DNA from: an uncultured Acidobacteriota bacterium
GTDB taxonomy: Bacteria; Acidobacteriota; Thermoanaerobaculia; Multivoradales; UBA5704
Assembly: GCA_963799925.1 (NCBI GenBank)
Contig: CAWCYZ010000002.1
Location: forward strand, 1,425,025 to 1,489,024
Direction: 5' to 3'
Length of the DNA: 64,000 bases
Positions 41,235 through 49,960 of this stretch are shown one piece after another (positions within the stretch are counted from its first letter, which is position 1; each line of letters begins with the position of its first letter). The notes beneath the pieces were generated by a model. It saw nothing but the letters and a program-made list of their open reading frames with translations. It had not been told where the DNA came from and did not search any database. Made by a program: the position numbers and the translations under genes.

Positions 41235-42767
41235 GCTCCCGGCGGCTCGCCCTCGCGATCGAGAGGCGGTGGGCCAGGCCCGCCGCGCCGCCGCGCTCTC
41301 GCCGTTCTCCGGCCCGCCTGCTCGCCCCGCTGGTCTTTCTGGCGCTCCTTCTGGCGCTCCTCGCCCTGCCCTTCCCGGCGCGCGGCCAGGCTCAGCCCGG
41401 CGTCGCGCGCCGCCGAGCCGCAGGGGAGCGAGGCGCCGTTAGGAACCGAGGCGCCGCAGGGGACCGAGCCTCCCCAAGGGACTGAGCCGCCTCCCGCGAG
41501 CCCGCCCCCGGTCGCGCCGCCGCCTGCCGGCCAGGTCCTGCCCCCGAGCCCGCCTCCCGACACCACGGCGGCGCCGCAGGCCGGCGCTCCCGCGCCGGGG
41601 GAGCCGGCGCCGCCGAACGAGCCGGGGAGCGGCTCCGGGTCGGCGGCGGCGGTGCCGGGGACGGCGAGCGGCACCGATCTCTCGGGCCGCGCGACGCGCG
41701 ACAGCTTCCTGCCGCGGCTCGACGTCTACTTTCCCGAGGGCGACCTCGACCTGCGGGTGAGCCGCCTGGTCAACAAGACCTTCTTCGAGGGCCAGGTCAA
41801 GTACAACTTCATCAACGGCGACATCACCGCCTTCCTCCGCTACCGCTACTACAGCTTCCGCCGCATCACCCAGTTCACCGTCTTCGACTCGATCTCGTTT
41901 CCCACCGTCGAGCACTTCTCGAACGACTTCGACCGCGTGCGCGGCGCCCTCATGCTCTTCCAATGGCCGCGCGACTACAACCACCGCACCTTCCTGCTGA
42001 CCGAGGTCGACCGCATCTCGTCGAATACCATCGACCTGCGCTTCAACAACAACAAGACGAACAACTACGTGCGGCTGGGCTATCAGATCGGCACCCCCGA
42101 CGATCCGCGCGCCAATGCCATCGTCGCCGAGACGCGCGCCGAGCGGCAGACGCTGTTCACCGCGGTGCGCGAGATCGGGCCCAACGGCTTCGGCCTGACC
42201 GGCGCCGCGACCTTCTCCTTCTCCAACCTGGGCGGCGACTTCCGCTACATCAAGCTCGAGGGCGAAGCCCTGAAGCGCTTCGACATCTCGGAGAGCACCT
42301 TCCTCGTCTCCCGCCTGCACTTGGGCACCTTCGCCTACGATGTGCGGGTGCGCCCGGCAGATCCCCTGATCAGCCCGCTCGACCAGTACTCGATCCCCCA
42401 CAGCGAGTACTTCGCCCTCGGCGGCCGCGACAACCTGAAGGGCCTGAAGCGGAGCCTCGACGGCACCGACGAGGCGCATGCCACCCTCGAGTACTTCTTT
42501 CCGTGGTTCCTCGACGCCCACAAGGACTTCCTGCGCATCGAGTGGCAGAACTTCTACTGGATCCTCTACTCGGGCATCGGCACCGTGGGGTTCGATCACA
42601 AGGTGTTCACGGGATCGGCGGGCTTCTATCCCGATCTGGGCGTGGGCTTTGAGTCATCGGTGCGGTTCCGCGGAAGGTTCCAGTTCTTCCTCTCCGGCAT
42701 CGTGGCACATACTTTGAAAGGAAGCGGAGGAGTGGAGGCGCGTTTTTCGGTCAAGTCGTACCGCTGA
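41231..42767 (+). pseudogene. Omp85/surface-antigen-like beta-barrel outer membrane protein, apparent frameshift near 41400
   Basis: TTG 41231 overlaps the DUF4388 stop (TTGA). The signal peptide LLAPLVFLALLLALLALPFPARGQA is in one frame. The Pro-rich EAPQGT repeats and the barrel (FALGGRDNLKGL, alternating aromatic strands) are in the frame of track ORF 41652-42767. Confidence 0.6.
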
Positions 42768-42890
42768 CTGGACTGCAGGCGGTGGGTTGACGAGACCGGA
42801 GGGCGTTTCGGATGCGCTTCGCCGCAGTCCGGAGAATCTGCAGGGGCATAGATGTCCCCTGCTGTCCAGGCTCACAGCCGGAGGAGAGAC

Positions 42891-44261
42891 ATGAAACTCA
42901 GATACCTTGTATGTGCGACGCTGTTGGGCCTCGCCCCAACTCTGGCGTTTGCTGGAGAGGAGGCCAACGCCCCGACGGTGACCGGCGAGACGGGGCTGTT
43001 CTCGCTGCTCACGGGCGACACGCTCCCGCGCGGCAACTGGTCGTTCGGGATCTACGCCAACAACTACGACCGGGTGCTCCGCTTGAGCGGGGTCAGCCTG
43101 CCGGGCAAGATCGGCGACCTCGACTGGAACGTCTACAGCGCCAGCCTGGGCGTCGGCATCACCGACCGCTGGGAGGTGAGCGCCTCGATCCCTTACGACG
43201 ACTACCAGTTCCACCACGACCCGCGGGTCGAAGACCTCAACCAGCGCGGGCAGGGCAACGTGCGGGTGGGGACCAAGCTGCGGCTGTTCGGCAATCCAGG
43301 CGATAACAACCTGTTCGCGATCAACGGTTTTGTAGAAGTTCCAACGGGGAAGAAAGAAGTCGTCTCCGACCGCACCGGCTACGGCGTCGGGCTCGACTGG
43401 AGCGTCCGCAACTGGGTGATCGACGTCGGCTACCGCGATCCGGGCGGCCGCTCGGGCGACGGGGTGGTCGTCATCCCCGGCGGCTCCCTCGGCCCCGACG
43501 TCGTCGTCTTCGATCCCACCCGGCGCGACGTCGAGAAGCAGGTGATCGCGGGGATCGGCTACGCCGGCCGCGTCTCCGACCGCCTCGACTGGATCACCGA
43601 GGTCGTCGGCACCTTCAACAACGCCAGCTCGGGTCAGATCCGCTTCAAGGACTCCTACGACGTGACGACCGGCGGCCGCCTCTGGCTGGGCGAGTCGCAG
43701 AACTGGGCCTTCAACTTCGGCCTGCGGGCGGATTTCAACCAGCTCAGCTCGGTCAGCGACCACTGCCCGCTGGGCGGCCTCCTGGGCCTGACCTACTTCC
43801 CGGCGGCCTTCCGCCGGCCGGCGACTCCGCCGCCGCCCCCGCCGCCGCCGCCACCCCCACCGCCGCCGGCTCCGGCTCCGCCGCCGCCCCCGGCCGTCGA
43901 GGCTCCGCCGCCGCCGCCCCCGGCGCCGGCTCCGAAGCCCGAGGAGCGCGTCACGGTCAACTTCACGCCGGGTAGCGCCCGCCTGTCGAACATCGCCAAG
44001 GCGAAGCTCGACGAGGTCGCTCTCAAGATGAAGCAGGACCCGACGCTCCACGCCCAGGTGCAGGGTTACACCGACGCCTCCGGCAACGCCGCCGCCAACC
44101 AGCGGATGTCCGAGCAGCGGGCGCAGGCGGTCAAGAACTACCTGGTGCAGCGCCACGGTATCGATCCCAGCCGGATCACCACCGAGGGCCGCGGCTCGCA
44201 GGATTCGACCGGCAACCCGGCGCAGGACCGTCGCGCCGTGGTCATCCTGACCGTGCAGTAA
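42891..44261 (+). CDS. OmpA family outer membrane protein (barrel + poly-Pro linker + OmpA_C)
   Basis: GGAGGAG SD precedes ATG 42891. Signal MKLRYLVCATLLGLAPTLAFA. A roughly 45-residue Pro-rich linker is followed by the OmpA_C motif GYTDASGNAAANQRMSEQRAQAV...DRRAVVIL. Confidence 0.9.
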   Translation: MKLRYLVCATLLGLAPTLAFAGEEANAPTVTGETGLFSLLTGDTLPRGNWSFGIYANNYDRVLRLSGVSLPGKIGDLDWNVYSASLGVGITDRWEVSASIPYDDYQFHHDPRVEDLNQRGQGNVRVGTKLRLFGNPGDNNLFAINGFVEVPTGKKEVVSDRTGYGVGLDWSVRNWVIDVGYRDPGGRSGDGVVVIPGGSLGPDVVVFDPTRRDVEKQVIAGIGYAGRVSDRLDWITEVVGTFNNASSGQIRFKDSYDVTTGGRLWLGESQNWAFNFGLRADFNQLSSVSDHCPLGGLLGLTYFPAAFRRPATPPPPPPPPPPPPPPAPAPPPPPAVEAPPPPPPAPAPKPEERVTVNFTPGSARLSNIAKAKLDEVALKMKQDPTLHAQVQGYTDASGNAAANQRMSEQRAQAVKNYLVQRHGIDPSRITTEGRGSQDSTGNPAQDRRAVVILTVQ

Positions 44262-44287
44262 CCTTTCGAGACAGCGAGCACGATCGA

Positions 44288-44319
44288 GGCCCCGCCAGCG
44301 ATGGCGGGGCCGTTTTTTT
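44288..44319 (+). terminator. Rho-independent terminator of ompA-family gene
   Basis: Stem GGCCCCGCC, loop agcgat, stem GGCGGGGCC, followed by GTTTTTTT. Confidence 0.8.
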
Positions 44320-44366
44320 GCGCTGCGGAGATTGGCTGGACGGGTGGAACGAGGCCCTGAGCCTGC

Positions 44367-45274
44367 CTACAGCGCTTCGCGGCGGAGCGAGGCGATGGCG
44401 CCCAGGAGGCCGGCGGCGGCGCCGACGAGGACGAGAAAGGCGAGCTGCCGAAGGGTCAGGAAGTCGGCCGCCAGGAGCGAGGCGAAGATCGACGCGCCGG
44501 CCCGCGCATGGGCCGCCCGATAGGCGGCGAGGAGTCCGGCGAGCGCGATCGCCGCTCCCAGGAGCCCCTGCAGCAGCCCCTCGACGTAGAACGGGCCGCG
44601 GATGAAGAACTCGGTAGCCCCGACCAGCCGCATGGTCGCGATCTCCTCGTGGTGGAGATAGGCGGTCAGGCGGATGACGCTCGCGATGGTGAAGATGGCC
44701 GCTCCGAGGAGCACGGCGCCGAGCGCCAGCCCCACCCCGCGCAGAATGGCGATGAAGGTCTCGAGCTGGCGCAGCCACTCGCGGTCGTCGTCGACCATGC
44801 TCACCTCGGGGCGCCGGCGCCAGGAGGCGAGCCAGGCCTCGAGCTCAGCCTGGCCCGGCCGCCGCTTGCCCGGCGTGCGCGGGCCGGCGAGGGCGACCTC
44901 GAGCGAGGCGGGGAGCGGCTCCTGCCCGATCCCCTCGACGAGGCCGCCGAGGCTGGGGAAGGCGTCTTGGAAGCGCTGCCGCGCGAGCGCCGCCGAGACC
45001 GGCTCGACCGCCGCCACCCAGGGCGCCCGGCGGAGCTCCGCCGCCAGCCGCGAGAGCTCCGGCCCCGTGCTCTGCGGCTGCAGGTAGAGCACCACGCGCG
45101 CCTCGGCCCGCCAGCGCTCGACCGCCCCCTCGAGGTTGCGGCTGGCGAGCAGGAACGTCCCGCCGAGACAGAGGCTCACCGCGATGGTGAGCACCGCGAG
45201 CACGCTCACCTTCCAGCTCCGCACGAGGTTCACCGCCGCCTCGCGCGCGAAGTAGGCGAGCGCCTGGAAGAGCG

Positions 45275-45278
<4 letters not shown>
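44367..45278 (-). CDS. ftsX: cell division permease-like protein FtsX
   Basis: 303 aa with four TM helices. Its start overlaps the ftsE stop. Confidence 0.9.
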
Positions 45279-46063
<785 letters not shown>

Positions 46064-46091
46064 CGCGCGAAGCTCTCCGCCGCGCCGCCGT

Positions 46092-47579
46092 CTACTCGGC
46101 TCGCGGCACCGTCTCGCCGGCCAGCGCCTCGCGGAGGATCCGCTGCACCTTAGCGGGCTGGGCGCGGCCGCCCGAGCGCTTCATCACCTGTCCGGTCAGG
46201 AAGCCGAGGAGGGTCGCCTTGCCGGCGCGGTACTCGGCCGCTTGAGCGGGGTGGGCGGCGATCACCGCCTCGACCCAGCGGCCGATCTCCCCGGCGTCGC
46301 TCACCTGGGCGAGCCCCAGGCGGTCGACCGCCGCGGCGGGCTCCTCGCCGGTCGCGAAGACGGCGGCGAAGACCTCCTTGGCGGCGGAGACCGAGAGGCG
46401 CCCGGCGTCGACCATGGCGACGAGCGCGGCGAGGTGCGCCGGCGGCAGGGCGGCGGCGAGGTCGGCGGGCTCGAGCCGGCGGCTCTTCATCTCGCGCAGG
46501 CACTCGCCGAGGATCCAGTTGGCGATCCCCTTCGGCGTCGCACGGTGCGCGGAGCCGGCGGGGATGGCCGCCGCGGCGGCCTCGAAGTAGTCGGCGAGCT
46601 CGCGCCAGGCGGTGAGCGCGCGGGCGTCCTCCGCCGTCAGGCCGTGCCGCGCCGCCAGCCGCTCGCGCCGCGCCCAGGGGAGCTCGGGGAGGCGGGCGCG
46701 GAGCGCCGCGACCCGCTCGCCGGTGACGACGAGCGGCGGCAGGTCGGGCTCCGGGAAGTAGCGGTAGTCGTGCGCCTCCTCCTTGCTCCGCGCCAGGCGC
46801 GTCGCGCCGGAGGCGACGTCGAAGCTTCGCGTCTCCTGGGCGACCGTGCCGCCGGCGTCCAAGAGGGCGCTCTGGCGCTCGATCTCGTGCTCGATCGCCC
46901 TTGCCACGTGGCGGAACGAGTTGACGTTCTTGATCTCGACTCGGGTCCCCAGGCGGCTCTCGCCCGGCGGCCGCACCGAGACGTTGACGTCGCAGCGCAG
47001 GCTCCCCTCCTCCATGCTGCCGTCGCTCGTCGCGGTGTAGAGGAGCACGCGGTGGAGGGTCTGGAGATAGTCGTGGGCCTCCTCCGGGCTCGCCATCTCG
47101 GGGCGGGAGACGATCTCGACGAGAGGCACTCCGCAGCGGTTGAAGTCGACGAGGCTCTCGCCGGCGAGGGCGCCGCCGCCGGGCGCCTCGTGGAGGAGCT
47201 TGCCGGCGTCCTCCTCGAGGTGGAGGCGCTCGATGCCCACGCGCTTGTCCGAGTGGGTGAGCGGCAGCGAGCCGTCCTCGGCGAGCGGCCGGTCGTACTG
47301 GCTGATCTGGTAACCCTTGGGGAGGTCGGGGTAGAAGTAGCTCTTCCGCGCGAAGACCGAGGTCTCGCGGATCTCGCAGCCGAGGGCGAGCGCGAGCCGC
47401 ACGGCGAGGTCGACGGCGTGCCCGTTGACCACCGGGAGCGTGCCGGGATAGGCCAGGCAGACCGGGCAGACGAGCGTGTTCGGCGGCTCCCCGAAGCGGT
47501 TCGGGCAGCGGCAGAACATCTTGCTCGCCGTCAGCAGCTGGACGTGGACCTCGAGTCCGATGACTGGCTCGTACGGCAT
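46092..47579 (-). CDS. gatB: Asp-tRNA(Asn)/Glu-tRNA(Gln) amidotransferase subunit B
   Basis: 495 aa. Contains MPYEPVIGLEVHVQL and CDVNVSVR, plus the C-terminal GatB_Yqey-like domain. Confidence 0.95.
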   Translation of the reverse strand: MPYEPVIGLEVHVQLLTASKMFCRCPNRFGEPPNTLVCPVCLAYPGTLPVVNGHAVDLAVRLALALGCEIRETSVFARKSYFYPDLPKGYQISQYDRPLAEDGSLPLTHSDKRVGIERLHLEEDAGKLLHEAPGGGALAGESLVDFNRCGVPLVEIVSRPEMASPEEAHDYLQTLHRVLLYTATSDGSMEEGSLRCDVNVSVRPPGESRLGTRVEIKNVNSFRHVARAIEHEIERQSALLDAGGTVAQETRSFDVASGATRLARSKEEAHDYRYFPEPDLPPLVVTGERVAALRARLPELPWARRERLAARHGLTAEDARALTAWRELADYFEAAAAAIPAGSAHRATPKGIANWILGECLREMKSRRLEPADLAAALPPAHLAALVAMVDAGRLSVSAAKEVFAAVFATGEEPAAAVDRLGLAQVSDAGEIGRWVEAVIAAHPAQAAEYRAGKATLLGFLTGQVMKRSGGRAQPAKVQRILREALAGETVPRAE

Positions 47580-47674
47580 GGTGATGATGGGTAGTGTAGC
47601 CGAAGGCGGCGAGGGGTCGCGCCGCCCGCGCGGCCGTCGCCGCGGTGGTCAGGCGATTAGAATGCCCGTCCATG

Positions 47675-49694
47675 GTGCGTCGTGAAGAGGAGGGACCGGG
47701 AGCGAAAGAGGAGGGAGGGGTCCTGTCTTCGAGCTGCGCTCGTCCAGCGGGTGCGAGTCCCGCCCCGGTAAGCGCCGGAGCGCCGGGTAGCAGGCCCCCG
47801 GAGCGAGGGGAGACCTTCGAGTCCGAAGCGGGGCGTCGAAGAGCCTCTACGGAGGGAGCAAGAACGCGGGCCGCAACATGAAGTGAAGCCTGCAGCCTCG
47901 ACAGATATACAAGGGGAAGCCGAGCCGCTCATGTCACGGCGAAGGCCACGTCCGTCGCGCAGAGGTCCGGAGGAGAAAGCGCGGCGGGTTCCTCCGGGGT
48001 ATGGGGAGCAGCACGCGTTCAAGGAGGAGCACGGAACACGAGAGACCCGTCTGCGCGGCCCTTGTCGGGGCAAGGCGACTCGTATAAGCCGAAGGCGAAG
48101 TCGAGCGTTGCGCAGCGGGAGTCCGAGGGGGTCGTAGTACCGTCGATGGGCGGTGAAGAACAACGCCGCCGGAGGGAAGGGCCCCTGCGGTGGTCATGGC
48201 AGCGGCGGAGGTAAGCGTGAGGGCATGGCCGGCAAGCCCGGTCCCAACCACCCCGCGAGGCGCGAGTCTCGCGACAAAGTGCGACAACTCCAACGCAGTC
48301 TGTGTGCGGCGGCCAAGCGGCAGCCGGGTCGGCGCTTCCACGCCTTGTATGGACCGCATCCACCGGAGTGACGTCCTGTGGGAGGCGTGGAGACGGGTAC
48401 GGCGCAACCGCGGAGCGGCTGGAGTCGATAGCCAGACGCTTCTGGCGGTAGAGCAGAGCGGAGTCGAGGTCTTCCTGGAAGAGCTCGGCGCCGAGCTGCG
48501 AGCAGGCGAGTATCGACCGCGGGCGGTCCTGCGGCGGTACATCCCGAAGGGGGACGGCAAGCAGCGACCGCTGGGGATCCCGACGGTGCGGGACCGGGTG
48601 GTCCAGATGGCGGCGAAGCTGGTGTTGGAGCCGATCTTCGAGGCGGACTTTCGTCCGAGCTCGTACGGCTATCGGCCCCGGCGCAGCGCGACGGATGCCC
48701 TGGAGACCCTGCGCAAGCTGGGCGCTCAAGGGTACAACCACGTGCTGGACGCCGACATCCGGGACTACTTCGGGAGCATCGACCACGAGAAGCTGATGCA
48801 GCTGGTGGAGCGGCGCATCTCGGATCGGCGGGTGCTGAAGTTGCTGCGGCAATGGCTACGGGCAGGAGTGATGGAGGAGGGCGAGGTGACGGCGACGTTG
48901 TCGCGGCACCCCGCAGGGGGGCGTGATCTCGCCCCTGCTGTCGAACCTCTACCTGCACGTGCTCGACACGGTGTGGGAGCGGCGGTGCGCCGCATCTGGG
49001 CGTGCTGGTGCGGTACGTGGACGATTTCGTCGTCGCGTGCCGCACGCGAGGGGCGTGCGAGCAGGCCGAGCGGAGGGTTTCTGAAATCCTCGGCCGGCTC
49101 GAGCCTGAGCCTGCATCCGGAGAAAACGAGGAAGGTGGAGCTATCCCGCGGTCAGGGAGGCTTCGACTTTCTCGGCTGTCACCTGCGCAAGCGCATGAGC
49201 GGTCGGATCTGGGAGAAGGAAGGCCGCAGGGTCTACTTCCTCCACCGCTGGCCGTCGCAGCGCAGCATGAAGCGGGTGCGGCAGCGGATCAAGGAGCTGA
49301 CGCCACGGGGGCGTTGTCACGAGGATCTTCGGCGGGTCATCGCCGCGGTCAACCCCGTGCTCCGTGGCTGGGGCAACTACTTCCGCACCGGAAATGCTGC
49401 GGATAAGCTGAACTCGATCGACCGGTACGTGGAACGGCGACTGAAGCGTACTGCGAGTGCAGCGTGCCGGTCGCAACCTGCGGGCCGGGCAGTTCGAGAG
49501 GTGGCACCGCGGCTATCTCGAAGCCCTCGGTTTAGTCCGTCTGCGCGGCACCATCCAGTACCCGGAGGCTGCGTAATGCCATCGCACGAGAGACCACCGG
49601 TAAGCCGTGTGCCGGAAATCGGCACGCACGGTTTGAAAGGGGGTCTTGACACCCAACCCGGCGGCCTGCCGCCAGGGAAAGTGTAAGGATCTAC
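47675..49694 (+). mobile_element. bacterial group II intron (about 2.0 kb) with internal RT/maturase ORF
   Basis: The 5' end is GTGCG at 47675. Domain V at 49602-49634 is AAGCCGUGUGCCGGAAAUCGGCACGCACGGUUU, with the AGC triad, GAAA loop and AC bulge. A long domain VI helix spans 49642-49691 with unpaired A residues. The 3' end ...CUAC at 49694 is estimated, +/-10 nt. Confidence 0.85.
48225..49576 (+). pseudogene. group II intron reverse transcriptase/maturase, at least 5 frameshifts
   Basis: RT0-RT7 and X-domain sequence is spread over three frames: [27 protein letters not shown] / [25 protein letters not shown]...[10 protein letters not shown] / [21 protein letters not shown] / [10 protein letters not shown] / [11 protein letters not shown]...GWGNYFR / [27 protein letters not shown]. 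No HNH/En domain is present. Confidence 0.85.
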
Positions 49695-49696
49695 CA

Positions 49697-49789
49697 ATGG
49701 AGCATCGTGAAGAGGAGAGACCCGGAGTAGGTGAGGTGGGGAGGGGGCCCGTCTTCGAGCTGTGCTCATCCAGCGGGTGCGAGTCCCGC
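49697..49789 (+). repeat. diverged partial second copy of the intron 5' end (about 93 nt)
   Basis: Aligns with 47672-47763, roughly 80 percent identical by eye. The identical core is GTCTTCGAGCTG.GCTC.TCCAGCGGGTGCGAGTCCCGC. The 5' pentamer is GAGCA instead of GTGCG. Confidence 0.75.
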
Positions 49790-49955
49790 GGTCGGCGGCG
49801 CCCTCGTCTCGCCCCGCCATGCCAACATCATCGTCAACCGCGGCGGCGCCACCGCCGCCGACGTGCGGGCGCTCGTCGCGCGCATTCAAGAGGACGTCGC
49901 GGCGAAGACCGGCTACCACCCGCGGCCGGAGATCTCGTTCGTGGGGGAGTTCTAG
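49790..49955 (+). pseudogene. murB: 3'-terminal fragment of UDP-N-acetylenolpyruvoylglucosamine reductase (murB), last ~55 codons only
   Basis: Reads VGGALVSPRHANIIVNRGGATAADVRALVARIQEDVAAKTGYHPRPEISFVGEF then stop. This matches the conserved MurB C-terminus (GGA.VS.KHANFIVN..ATA.DV). No upstream murB sequence is present. Confidence 0.7.
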
Positions 49956-49960
49956 CCTGG

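Noticed and set aside
43800-43935. CCG/GCC-rich apparent tandem repeat
   Set aside because: It is in frame within the OmpA-family gene and encodes the poly-Pro/Ala linker between the barrel and OmpA_C. It is not a CRISPR array or a non-coding repeat array.
47750-47754. Second GTGCG pentamer as an alternative intron 5' splice site
   Set aside because: The duplicated segment at 49697-49789 aligns from the first GTGCG (47675) onward, including upstream nucleotides. The distance from 47675 to the RT ORF also fits a full domain I-III. This is kept only as an alternative to test with covariance models.
47745-47763. tRNA T-arm-like hairpin GCGGG-TGCGAGT-CCCGC (also at 49771-49789), considered as a possible tRNA or tRNA-Sec given selA in the window
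   Set aside because: No acceptor stem, D-arm or anticodon arm can be built around either copy. Both lie inside the intron domain I sequence or its duplicate, so this is more simply an intron substructure.
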